From Azolla caroliniana (lineage: Eukaryota; Plantae; Polypodiophyta): DNA of 64,000 nucleotides. The position numbers and the translations under genes are program-made. The stretch is from assembly GCA_043228905.1 (NCBI GenBank), contig JBHGNT010000021.1, positions 744,001 to 808,000 on the forward strand. The letters are read 5' to 3'. Numbering within the stretch: the stretch's first letter is position 1; the number at the start of each line of letters is the position of its first letter. Below the pieces are notes generated by a model. That model made no database searches. It had not been told where the DNA came from and saw only the letters and a list, made by a program, of their open reading frames with translations. This document shows positions 27,241 to 38,943 of the stretch, piece by piece.

Positions 27241-27461
27241 CCGATTCGATCCGCACACGTTAAACTTTTAAACCACGGCTTAACGGTTCGGTTCGGTTTG
27301 ACCTGAAACAGGGTCCATTGCTACACGTAGTATCATTGCCAATTCCCGTTGTTCGATTCGATGCGCACACGTTAACCTTTAAACCATGGCTTAACGGTTC
27401 GATTCGAGCGGAAACATGGCCCATTGCTACACGTAGTATCATTGACCATTCCCGTTGTTCG
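27241..27461. repeat. Two-copy imperfect tandem repeat (about 112 bp unit) upstream of the VIN3-like gene
   Basis: CGATTCGAT.CGCACACGTTAA...GGCTTAACGGTTCG...CCATTGCTACACGTAGTATCATTG..ATTCCCGTTGTTCGA occurs twice. Confidence 0.8.
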
Positions 27462-27657
27462 AGTGGGTGACTTGGGCATTGGAGCCAATTACATGACCAA
27501 GTTGCCAACGTTATCTACATACATACCCACGTAAGGTATCAATCTGAAGAGACAATCAATCAGGTAGTTCATGTCAAAGCCAAGCACAAGTTGGCAACAC
27601 ACACAAGCTTGCGACTATGGGAAAAGGGGGGGGGGGGGGGGGGGGGCTAATTCAACA

Positions 27658-28107
27658 AGAAAACTTGTTGAGGAAGCCATCGCTCGGAATCTTTCTGATC
27701 ATTGAAGTGGAAGTGATGCATTTTACCCCTCGAACACCGAAAGATCTCAAAGAGGTAGAGGTGATGCAAAATCAGTACCAAAAGAAGATGTTGAATTCCA
27801 CTGAATACGTACATTGGCTACCACAAATTGTTTGAGATTCTTCCTCTAATAGAGGTTGAGGTGGAATAGATGATCGATAAAGAGAAAACTTGTTGAGGAA
27901 GCCATCGCTCGGAATCTTTCTGATCATTGAAGTGGAAGTGATGCATTTTACCCCTCAAACACCGAAAGATCTCAAAGAGGTAGAGGTGATGCAAAATTAG
28001 TACCAAAAGAAGATGTTGAATTCCACTAAATACGTACATTGGCTACCACAAATTGTTTGAGATTCTTCCTCTAATAGAGGTTGAGGTGGAATAGATGATC
28101 GATAAAG
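27658..28107. repeat. Near-identical tandem duplication, 225-bp unit x2
   Basis: AAACTTGTTGAGGAAGCCATCGCTCGG starts at 27661 and 27886; only a few substitutions differ. Confidence 0.92.
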
Positions 28108-29591
28108 AAACCAATGAAAGCTGTAGACAACAATAAAAATGAACATAAGAGACAAGGTAAGCAAATTCCACTAATGTACATATATTGTGATAAAATAGGT
28201 CATCATATTATTATTGGTATCGTCGCAATTATATCAAGACACAAAAATTTGCACAAGGTTATTTTGTATCAAAAGATGAAATCCCATCAACTAGTTATGA
28301 TCGTGATGAGTAGTTGCAACCACATTTTTAAATTTGAACAATATATGGATGGTGCATTGAATCAAGGTGTTTTAATCACACGTCTAGAAATTGTGATTTA
28401 TTTCATCAAATGACCAAAATGATAGTGCCAACCCAATTTAAGTATCGGATATGAAATGTGTGGATGTACTACTACCAAGAGTAGTGGTTATGCGGAATTT
28501 TAAATGTTGAATGATGTAGTTAGAGCTTAAAATGCGTGTGGGTTGTGTAGGAACAAACATCATCTTTATATTTGCCTTCTCAAATAGTTTATCATTACCC
28601 AATAATAGAATCGAGTCATGTTATTGAAAGACGTTATGTATATACATGGTAGGGGTTACTCGTGGACTGAAGTACCAAAAGTTCCCTAACAACATAAATT
28701 GGCATGTTCTATGAGTTGTTAACAGCCTGGCTTACTTGTATAAGCATTAACATGGAATATATGTCAAACAACATCTCAAGCTTGGAGAATAGTAAATCAC
28801 TAGCAAGAGCAAATAATATGTACTCCATTAGATCATGCATATACGAGTAGAAGGAAAACAATTCGTTATACACCTTACAAGGTATGAAATTGTTTAGATG
28901 AATAAGGTATTAGAAAGTTAGGCATGGAAGATATTAGATGTTTTGTCAAAATATCAAATATCAAAGCAAGTAGATATTCGCTATAAGCATAGATCGACCT
29001 GAGAATACAAAATGACCCCAAGAATATTATAGTACCTTTCATTTATATAATATTTATTATTTATTATTAAAAAAAAAAATATTTTTATATCTATTATAAA
29101 AATATTATTAGTGTGAGGTCCCCTTTTTAATGCAAGATAAAAATATCAAATTTTGTGGGAGAGTAAAAAGTGGGGGATTAATGAACCTTTTATTTATTTT
29201 TTATATTAAAAATAAAACAAATACTTTTAAGTTTTACATCTATTATAAAAAATATTATTAGTGTGAGGTCCCATTTTTAATGTGAGATAAAAATATCAAA
29301 TTTTGTGGGAGAGTAAAAAGTGAGAAATCAGTGAACCTTTTATTTAGGGAAAAGTACCAGGATACCCCTGGAAGTTTGTCTATTTACCAAAATGCCCCTG
29401 GAAGTTCCAAATTTACCAAACTATATCGATGGGAATGGCATTTATGCCCCCATGGATTTGAGTTGCGCCGGACTCCCAGTTACTCAATATACCTCTCAGA
29501 GAATTGCTGGCGGGACTCCTGGTGATAGAAGAAGAAACAATCTGGTTCTAGCCCTGAAGATTAGACTGTTGTTGGTTTGGGTAGCATTGGC

Positions 29592-29928
29592 TCACAGAGA
29601 TGTTACCGGCATAGTGATTCCGGGAGGCGGGTGGAGAATGAGATTGAGGCAGATGAAAGGAGGAGGAGGTAGATGAATCGCAAGATGAGGAGGAGGAAGA
29701 AGAAGAAGAAGAAGAAGAGGGAGAGGGGGAGAAGATGAGGGGGAAGAAGGGGTTGCGAGACGACAAGATGCAATGGTGGGCGTAGATGAGGGCATAGGTC
29801 CGACTGTCTATGCAAAAAGCAATGTCCGCGAATTGGTCAGGGCCACAGTCCAGAAGGGTGAGGTAATCTGAAGATAAGCTCCTCAAGCTACTACTCAGCA
29901 TGAATGTGGAAGGTTGGGCTACCTCCAT
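29592..29928 (-). pseudogene. Captured 5' fragment of a BOP/NPR1-like BTB/POZ gene inside the Pack-MULE
   Basis: SLRSLSSDYLTLL...FADIAFCID...IYAHHCILSSRNPFF resembles the BLADE-ON-PETIOLE N-terminus (SLxSLSLDYLNLL...FSDVTF.VEG..VHAHRCILAARS.FF). After a frameshift in a TCT run it reads PPPGITMPVTSL, similar to the BOP VIPVNSV motif. Recognised from memory of the family. Confidence 0.75.
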
Positions 29929-30303
29929 TGACTTTTATAAATATGTATGCTCTCACTCACGCTCACACACACAGACACAGATAGATGAATGAATGGATAA
30001 TTAGGGTAGACAAGTAGAAATATTAGTGATTGTAATGGTAATGGTCACTAACTACAACTATGTTTAACCTTCTTCTCCTTCTTCTTCTTCTTCTTCTTCT
30101 ACTGTTGTTGTTGTTGCACGCCATGTTTGTAATCAATTCACTCCTTCCACCTCTCTCTCTCTCTCTCTCTCTCTTTAGATATTCTTTTCCTCTCTTTTTC
30201 TCTGTGCTCCTCTGCATGTTGTTTGTTAAAAACATGAGCTTCTATTGTGAGCTATTAATATGTATCTCTGATCTCTATTTCTGTCTATGTATGTGTATTT
30301 ATG

Positions 30304-30306
<3 letters not shown>

Positions 30307-30370
<64 letters not shown>
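30307..30370. repeat. (CA)n microsatellite
   Basis: Pure CA run. Confidence 0.95.
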
Positions 30371-30375
<5 letters not shown>

Positions 30376-32514
30376 TACATAATGAGGGGGGGGGGGGGGA
30401 TATGGTAAAAAGAAATTTGTGTTTGAATGGTATTCTGGTAAATGGGCCTTGTAGATTTGAGTGTATAATTACTTTATAAAGTGTATTTTTTTGGACATAA
30501 GGGTAGTTTAGTAAATTTGGAACTTCTAGGGGCATTCTGGTAAATAGACGAACTTCCAAGGGTATCCTGATACTTTTCCCTTTTATTTATTTATATTTAT
30601 TGTTTTATGAAAAAATAAAACAAATACTTTTAAGTTATATATCTATTATAAAAATATTATTCGTGTGAGGTCCCCGTTTAAATGACAAAAAAAAATATTA
30701 TATTTTGTGGGAGAGTAAAAAGTGGGGAATTAACGAACCTTTAATTTATTTTTTAAACAAATACTTTTAAGTTTTACATCTATTATAAAAATATTATTAG
30801 TCTAAGTCTCCTTTTTAATGTGAAATAAAATATCTCCTTTTTATTGTTTTTTTTTCCAAAATGAAGCTACTTTCCCATTAGTTAGGAATCATTATTACAA
30901 GAGACTGTACAAGGAGGCTTATACACAAATCGGAGAATCTCCCTCCGATCAAGTTCAAGAAAATGGGACTACTTACATAGCCTTTCAGACTGACTACTTA
31001 AGGTAAGTAGATACCTATAGCTAAAAATGGTGCCCTTCAATGTTGGCTAGTACGAGCCAACTCCTAGGGCCTACGACGAAGGGAGGTGGCAGGTGAGTCG
31101 GATATAACCAGCTTGGGGGCTGGTAGTTCCACGTCGGGCCACTTCCTCCTTGTGTCACCATAGGCATGTTCCACCATTTCTGCCAAAAACGCAAACGGGT
31201 AGTGACCACGTCATTGGAATGGCTGCAAACCTCGCCCAATTGCCCTCGTAGGCAGCTGATAAGCGCAAACCATATGTCCATGACCACTTCCTCCGGGGGG
31301 CGTACCAGATCTTGGAAGACCTTTAGGCAACGCACTTTCCATACATACCACAGGGTGAAGCCTGCGATCAGTATCCAAATTTTCGTGAACCTAGGGGATG
31401 TGGATTGCAAGCCTCTCTCAAAACGGATCTTGACGATTTTGCCCCTCATGTATGCATAGCACCAACTATCCGCATTGAAGGCGTCCGTCCACCTATCAAC
31501 GGAGTGATCAATCCATGCCGCAACACTCCACGATGTTGTTCCTTCCACTTCACATGCCGCAAGGAGGCAAGTCACTCTATCCCATACCTTTTGAGCTTGA
31601 GGGAAATCAGACAATGATTCAGAGTCTCAATAGGTGAAGGGCAAAGTGGGCAACCTAACGGGCTGCCACATTTACCTAGCCATTTGCCAACAGGAACCAC
31701 ATTATGACCGATCTGCCACCGAAAGAGCTTGATCTTTTCAGGCATGTGGAAACACCAAAGACCCTTCCAAAAGGTAATGACCACCTCATCAGGGATGCCC
31801 AATGTTTGCCAACCATTGCGTAAGGGGCCGTCTAGCTGCAGTTGTAAAGTCTGACCCAATTTAGTGATGTACTCAAAGAAATGGCGGACTCTGCCATCAT
31901 GTTTCCACCTGAAATCCCCTGGGTCCCATTCTAGTTCGATGAGGGGACGACAACCGTATACCCATAACTTCCAATTGGGTTCCACCTTAGCAATATCCGG
32001 GTTTGTCTTCCTAATGTTATCAACCAGCATCACCACTCGGATTGGGTGCCAAGAGCCCCTACTCTGACTCTCCCCAAAAATTGTATCTCTTCTCGATCCA
32101 CTCACGCCCTTTAGAAACTTAACCATTCCAGCCTCATCAAAGAGACCGAACCATGCATCTTCTCTCACCCCACCCCCCCCCTCCCCATCGGAACCCTATC
32201 AACAGCCTCATCTATCAATCTCCGCATTTTCATGGCTCCCTTGAGGGGAGGGAACGGGGCCTCCTGGGCTCCTCCTGAAGCCACCTTGCGTCTCCAATCA
32301 TCTATAAAGTGGAGCCCTGACTACGCTAACTTTCCCCATGCTAGGCCCTTAAGTTGCCCTAACATCATGCCGTCACTTGTTCGCACTTGAGGGTTCCAAA
32401 ATAATGGTTGTCTAGACCACTCAATTAGTGTCTCCGGGATGTGCTTGACCAAATGATGTCATACGTGATACCATGCCCACAAGATGGAGTTCCTGACCCT
32501 GTCCTCCGGTTGAT

Positions 32515-32898
32515 AAGCCATCTTGGGGACTCCGCTCGTGCAACACCAGTTCAAGGAGTTAGGCCAAGGCCTACCATACTTGGGAGTCCCTGCTTGCAAC
32601 CTATTGCGAAGTAGTACCTTCCAGCACCCCTTACCTAGTAGGAGGCATCGAACCACCATTTTGGCAAGCAATGCTCGGCTCTGCATTGAGGGGTCTATGA
32701 GGCCAAGCCATCTTGGGGACTCCGCTCGTGCAACACCAGTTCAAGGAGTTAGGCCAAGGCCTACCATATTTGGGAGTCCCTGCTTGCAACCTATTGCGAA
32801 GTAGTACCTTCCAGCACCCCTTACCTAGCAGGAGGTATCGAACCACCATTTTGGCAAGCAATGCTCGGCTCTACATTCAGGGGTCTATGAGGCCAAGC
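32515..32898. repeat. 190-bp tandem duplication inside LINE A ORF2
   Basis: AAGCCATCTTGGGGACTCCGCTCG...GGGTCTATGAGGCC repeated; the ORF track shows identical peptides offset by 190 (32523 vs 32713). Confidence 0.92.
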
Positions 32899-33392
32899 CC
32901 CCCTTTGGTCCGCGGTTGCGTTAACCAATGCCATGACACTCTAGCGGAAGCCATCGGGTTGTCATTACCTAACCATATAAACCCCCTGATGGCAACCTTA
33001 ATCGCATGCAAACCTGCAGGGTCCATAATCGAGCATGAGACTGAGTGCCACATGGTGACGAGCATCACTTGGTTCGCAATAAGGACCCTACCAACAAAGG
33101 ATAATTTAGATCTACTCCATTGGTTCAACTTCTTGCTTATTTTGGCTTGCACATAGGACAATTGCGCTCGCTTGGGGATTGCCCTCCCCATCGTAAATCC
33201 TAGGTACTTGAATGTCGTCTCATCAGGGACCCATGTAAAATCAGCATGGGGTTGCCACCTTGGTTTCTCTTGTTCGTTGAGCAAGAGGCCTTGGGTTTTA
33301 TCCCAATTGACCTTGGCACCAGTGGCCTGACAAAAGTCCTCAACAAGATGTTCAACCTACTGCAAATTCTCATCATCGCCCTGCAAGAAAAG

Positions 33393-35733
33393 TGTTACCC
33401 GGCCGGCAAAGGAGTTAAGCCCCGAAATTCAAGCGCCGGTAGTACAGTTGCCTCCCTCACCGGCAAGTCAAGAGCAATCAGAGGTGGAGCGGCCAACGGA
33501 GGCGCAACCAGAACCAGAACGGCAAAGTGGTCACCAACCAGAGACAGAGTTGCAGCTCGACACAACCAGACAAGACCGACCACTGGCTAGCGGAACCAAC
33601 AGCCAACCCTCCATGCAGACGCAACAACAGGGCACCGGCAGCCAATGGCTCCAGTGGATGGAGAACAGATTGCTGGAGTGGTGCACTACATAGAGGCGGA
33701 AGAGAAAGCGCAGATGGACCGGTTGCTAATCACAATCGGAGAACTAGAGACGACCCGATTGAGAATCCGGAGCCTAGAGCAAGACTTGGACCTGGCCACA
33801 AAAGAATTGGCCAAAATGGCCTTAACCGGACCACAGATCCAAGCACTGGTGACTCTGGTAGATGTACAGAATAAAGACACACCAACACCTGTACATAGTA
33901 ATAAGACCCCGGAGACGGAACTAGTCTCGGAGACAGTGGCGGCGCAAGCGAAAGAGCTTGCCGAATTGAAAGATGAACTGGCCGCACAAGAAGCATTACG
34001 CACCCGAGAAAGGGACTTGAAGAAAGCGGCAGAAGAAGAACAAAGAAAGACTGTTGAGAACCTCCGCCGGGCAGAAGAGAATCTGTGGAAAGGACATCAG
34101 GCATATGACCGGCTTAACGAGGAGAAAGAGAAAGTGCTGCAAGAAAAGGATAAGCTGCGACGGATGGCAGAAACGGAGATTGAAAGACTTAAAGAAGAAC
34201 TCCATCACCCGAAAGATCGGGAAGACCGTGCTCGCCGGCAACTCAACCAGAAGCTGAAGCTGAAGACTGAGAATTTTGAGCACCTGCACTGGGACTATAA
34301 GCACCTGGATACGGAGCATAAGAAGCAGCAGGAGAAGATGGCAGAGCTTTGGCAGGAAGTTCATCAAGCTGAGACAACGCTAGCTGAAGAACGGGCTAAA
34401 AGAACAACGCTACTAGAGGAAGCCGCGCAGGAACGTATGGAGCTCCATAAGCAGCATTATGAAGAAAAGGAAAGAGCGACAATGGTATTGCCGAGGTTGC
34501 AGAACACCTACCAAAACCAATTGTCACATTACCAGGAGCAGGAGGCGGACACGGTGAAGCTGATTAAGCAATTGAAGGAAGAACGGCAAGCCACGGAGGA
34601 CAAATCGAAGATGGGACTTGAGCGGATCTAGTTCATTGTCCAGGCATGGAGGAACAAGACAAAATGCTTGATTGACGAAAGCTCCGTGCAATGGTGGGAC
34701 AAATGGGCAAAGCACACAACCGAGCTCCAGTTGCTAAGGGCTGAAAACCGGCAGAAGGATGGCGACGACTGCTACATGCTAACAAAGAAGGACTTCACCG
34801 CCGTAAGAGATGAGTTAGCAGAAGACTTTGTAACTCTGGCGGAGGAACAGTCAGCAGTGGTCCGGCAACTGGTAGCACAGCTGGACGATGATTGACTGGA
34901 TGCTCAAATCCAGTTTGAAAGCTATGATCGGACCAGGCTACGGCAAGAAGCAAAGCATGCGACGATCGTCAACCTCAGCGATGAGGAGCCATCACTAGGG
35001 TAAGGACCAGACGGAGACAAGGCTGGGGAGAGTCAACCGGAGTCAAATCCGGCAGAGTAGCTGACGGAGGAATCTCCGCCACAACCGCCGGTATCGGTAG
35101 CCGAACAGACGCCATCCAAGGAGCAACAGTCGAAGGAGCAATAGCAGCAGCCACATCCACAACAACAACAACAAATTCCCCAAGAACCATTGGACACCCT
35201 GGAGCAGTGTATTCTGGATATCTTGGACGAAGGCTAAGGGCCAGATAGTGGGATTCAACATACAAGGTACTGTCCCACGGGCGTGCCATGTGTTACCCGG
35301 CCGACAAAGGGGTTAAAGACCAGAATGTGAAAGGGATTATATATTCAGAATCTATTATAATTAAGTAGTTTATGAGACGTGAACAGACGGACCGGAATCA
35401 GTATGCCGATCCGGATCCGGATCGGTTCCGAACAAGTGCCGGTTGGCACCGTTTTGTACTCAGCACCAGTGACCTATATAAAGGCCCGGTTACAATGTAA
35501 AACTTTGATCGATAATTAATAGAGCTTCTTGTTTTATCTTTAAGTGTTGATTACCGTTCTGTGCTAATTGTTCTATCATACGCGTGTATAAAGTCTAATG
35601 CCATATTGCTAAGTAACCAATTAAAGTCTGATTAATCGTTGAGTCTTAAGTTATCTCGCCGTAGCACCCCTTTGGTGAAGTGTCTTCCATAGACACCCTG
35701 TGTTAGGCCATTGTCCAGCCCTAAGGAATAACA
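33393..35733 (+). mobile_element. LTR-retrotransposon derivative: 27-bp LTR-start stub + coiled-coil ORF + 443-bp LTR
   Basis: TGTTA...TAACA termini, exact 5-bp TSD AAAAG (33388-33392 / 35734-35738). TGTTACCCGGCCG.CAAAGG.GTTAA occurs at 33393 and again at 35291; TATATAAA near 35476. The host LINE RT frame rejoins across it (YADDTVLF|LQGDDENL). Confidence 0.85.
33645..35237 (+). pseudogene. E/K/Q-rich coiled-coil ORF of unknown function (about 530 codons, in-frame stops)
   Basis: 328-aa open segment 33645-34631. The same frame continues (ORF at 34668 is in frame) through isolated TAG/TGA/TAA codons explicable by C>T changes, ending ...LEQCILDILDEG*. Confidence 0.7.
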
Positions 35734-37019
35734 AAAAGGACCGTATCGTCGGCATATTCAGATAACAGAAGATCTTTAGCCACATTGGGGATGGGCAATC
35801 CCCTTAGTCCGTTGCTTGGTGCTTGTAAGTAGGCAGAGAAAGCCTCGGTTACAAATAGATAGAGATATGGGGCTAAGGGACAACCTTGCTTCACTGAGCG
35901 ATGTAGTTGGAAGGCGGGGCCCCTAGCACCAGCTACCAGCACGCTATTGGTAGCAGTCTGATAGAGTGCAGAAGTGCACTTCCTCCATTGTTGGGGTAGG
36001 CCCATAGCTCTGATCACACTTTCCAAAAAGGGCCATAACACCTTGTCGTAGGCCTTCTCAAAGTCTAACATCAAAATAACCGAGCTCAATATGGAGTGAT
36101 CTGCCAATGCCATAACTTCCCAGAGAAGCAGCCCATTATCAAAGATACACCTACCCTTCATAAACCTTGTTTGATTCTCATGAATGATGTCCGGTAAGAA
36201 GTTTGCTATCCGCCGAGCTAGGACTTTTATGAGTAACTTGTATATCGTGTTAAGGATCGTGATTGGATGCCATTGGCACAACTCTAGGCTTCGCCCTACT
36301 ACTTTGGGGATGAGATAGATTATCCCCTCAGTCAGACCAGTCGGCATCGTTCCCGAGGTCCAAATCTCTTGAACCTTGGCTTCCAATGACGGTATAACAC
36401 TTTCCCAATGAATCTCAAAAAAATGTCGTGAGAGACCATTGGGGCCGGGGCATTCTCCTATCCGCAATTCCCTGAGTGCTTCTGAGAGTTCTAATCGAGA
36501 AATGGGGCTATCAAGCACAACTTCCATCTCATGGGTTACCTTGGGGTGAATGCAAGCAATCACCCTCTCAGCTAGCTACGTGTTTTTCCGCATATGCATA
36601 GGTGTGAGTAGGTCACGATAGTATTGTGTTGCCATATGCAAAATCTCATCCTTGTCCTCTGTTATTGAGTCGTTTGGTTTGCGCAGCCCTTGTATGTGTC
36701 CACCACCACCCTTGGGTGCCCTGGACTAAAAGAAATGTCAGTTGACCTTGTTGTCTGTTCTAGCCCACCATGTTGCGGTCCTTCGAAATAACATTCCGTT
36801 CTTCTCCAACGTCCTTTCCCGAAGCTTCATGGTTGCTTCCTCCAGCTTAGCTCTAAACCAATTGCAACTAGGCTCTCCTTGTAGCAACTGTTGCGCTATT
36901 GCAACGAACTTCCGTAATTTTGTTTCAATGGCTCTGACCTGCTCGAGGGCCCGCTTGGTTTCCTGTTGTAAAAAGGAGGAGGAGAGGGCCAATTTTTTAT
37001 GCAAATCCTCACTTGCCGA

Positions 37020-38066
37020 TGTCGTGAAGATCCATCACTACGCGCGGATCATGAGGTGGAACCGCCGGGGTTCTGGACCGGAAGGACTCGAAGTTGGTGC
37101 TAGCTTTAGTGAGAAAGGTTTTAAGATAGATTGAAAGAGAGAGATTAAGATAAGATAGAACACTTCATTTTTAGATTGAGAGAGTGTTTTTGAAAGACAA
37201 GATATATCGTCAATTGGATAACGAATTTCTTACTTTTAATTTTAATTTTGATCTCAAGTACAAACCTTCCAAAAATTTTACATTACCCAAAAATCCCCCT
37301 TTGATCTTTTTCATCCCCTCTTTTATAAATGCCCTCATGCATTTGAGGGTGCAAGACATGCATAGAATGCATGTTTGCCATTTGGCGCTCATGTATTACA
37401 TGTGGTGCATGATAACCACGTCACTCATTTTAGCTCTCATGTATGAGAATTTACGTGTAAATGATAAAGATATTATTTTAAGAAAATGTCTTGGCTTAGT
37501 GGTAAGTCTATAGACTTCTCAACTTGGAGGTGCAAGGTTCAAATCCACACTTGCAATCCTTAGGTATATATATGTGTACACACACATATATATATATTTA
37601 TTTATATATCTATCCAGACACTGGTTCGTCGGATGCCGGTCACCGGGTGCCGGTCTAGCTTTCGTTGGGCAAAACCTTTGCAAGTAGCCAGGCCACACCC
37701 ATTCATCCAATAGCTTAGTTCAAGTCACCTTGAACTCTCTATGCTCCACACATAGACACAAAGATAATAGCTTTTGCTCTACCTTATATATGGTGAGATC
37801 TTTATTTCCTTTCTTTGTGGGATATCTCACAATTTTATTTTTCTCTTCTTCCTTCTCATACTTCACTCCCACATAACTTGTCACTTAGATGTTCATTTTT
37901 CATGTGGTAAAGCACATTTGAAAGCTATTGAAGACCTCTATCTTTTTGTACTAAGATATTAAACATATTTAAATTAGTATCTTCACTATTATTGTTTTAT
38001 ATGAATCACGCTCGATTTCGTACGTTTTATTTGATTTTCACATCATTGCCGAAAATCTTCACGACA
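37020..38066 (-). mobile_element. Solo LTR (1047 bp)
   Basis: 12-bp terminal inverted repeat TGTCGTGAAGAT...ATCTTCACGACA, 4-bp flanking duplication CCGA (37016-37019 / 38067-38070). Orientation is inferred from minus-strand TATAAAAGAGGGG near 37315-37327. Confidence 0.8.
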
Positions 38067-38943
38067 CCGATTCACTTACAATGGTCTCCCGCTATATACT
38101 CTACATACCTGCCTTCACCTCTGCACTCTTCATGATCTTTCTGGGGATTTTCACATTGAGACTCCCTTTGCTACCACAGGGTGGGTTAAGGTCTAGTCTC
38201 ATCGGGTGGTGATCAAAGAAGGTAAGATCTGCCAAGATAGCAAAGGAGCCCCCCAACTCTTCAAGGGATGAGCTTATGTATATGCAGTCTAGCTGTGCAA
38301 GACTACCACCCCTAGCATTCGCGGCAGCTCAGGAGAAGTGTAGCGAATGTGAGCATCTCCTAAGGGAAGAGCCCCATGTATCCTTCACCCCGATTTTGCC
38401 AATTAAGAAAGCCCATGAATCCAACTCCGCATCATGAAGCGGTCTCTAGGTCCCCCCTTTCCTATCTCCCAGGTGCTCAATCATGTTGAAATCACTAGCC
38501 ATTAGCCAGGCCTCTGCATCAGGTAATGTTGTCGCTAACATCCTCTAGAAGATTGCTCTTTCAGGGGAAGAGTTAGGGGCATAAATTTTTAGCACCCCAA
38601 TCTGAAGGCGAATCATTCCATTTCAGAAGCACATATAAGGCTCTACCCGCCACCAACGTACCATGTGATGTGACTTCGTACCGGGCCTTATCGTTGATCA
38701 AGATGTTGACCCCTCCTCTTCGGTGGAGGTCACCTTGTGCAACCGACCACCACGTGGTCCACCCACCCAACCTGGGGTTTACTAGGCTTTGAGCGAGGTG
38801 GTGTTCCTACAAAAGCAATATGTCAATGTTGCCCCCAATATTAAGGGGATGCAACTCCTCCTGAAGTCTTCTACACTCGTGATGTTGTCGGCCTCCACCA
38901 AGGCCTTGTACATTCCACATTAGGATCCTCATCCGAAGACGGT

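Larger units (their letters stand above)
29347..30580. mobile_element. Non-autonomous Mutator-like element (Pack-MULE)
   Basis: About 76-bp TIRs (GGGAAAAGTACCAGGATACCCCTGGAAGTT... / ...AACTTCCAAGGGTATCCTGATACTTTTCCC), exact 9-bp TSD TTTTATTTA (29338-29346 / 30581-30589), no transposase. Confidence 0.92.
29085..30835. repeat. AT-rich tandem repeat (about 140-150 bp unit, about 4 copies) split by the Pack-MULE
   Basis: TCTATTATAAAAATATTATT.GTGTGAGGTCCC-type unit starts near 29090, 29239, 30641 and 30779. Confidence 0.85.

Noticed and set aside
30060-30479. 139-aa ORF with poly-L and HT repeats
   Set aside because: Translation of microsatellites
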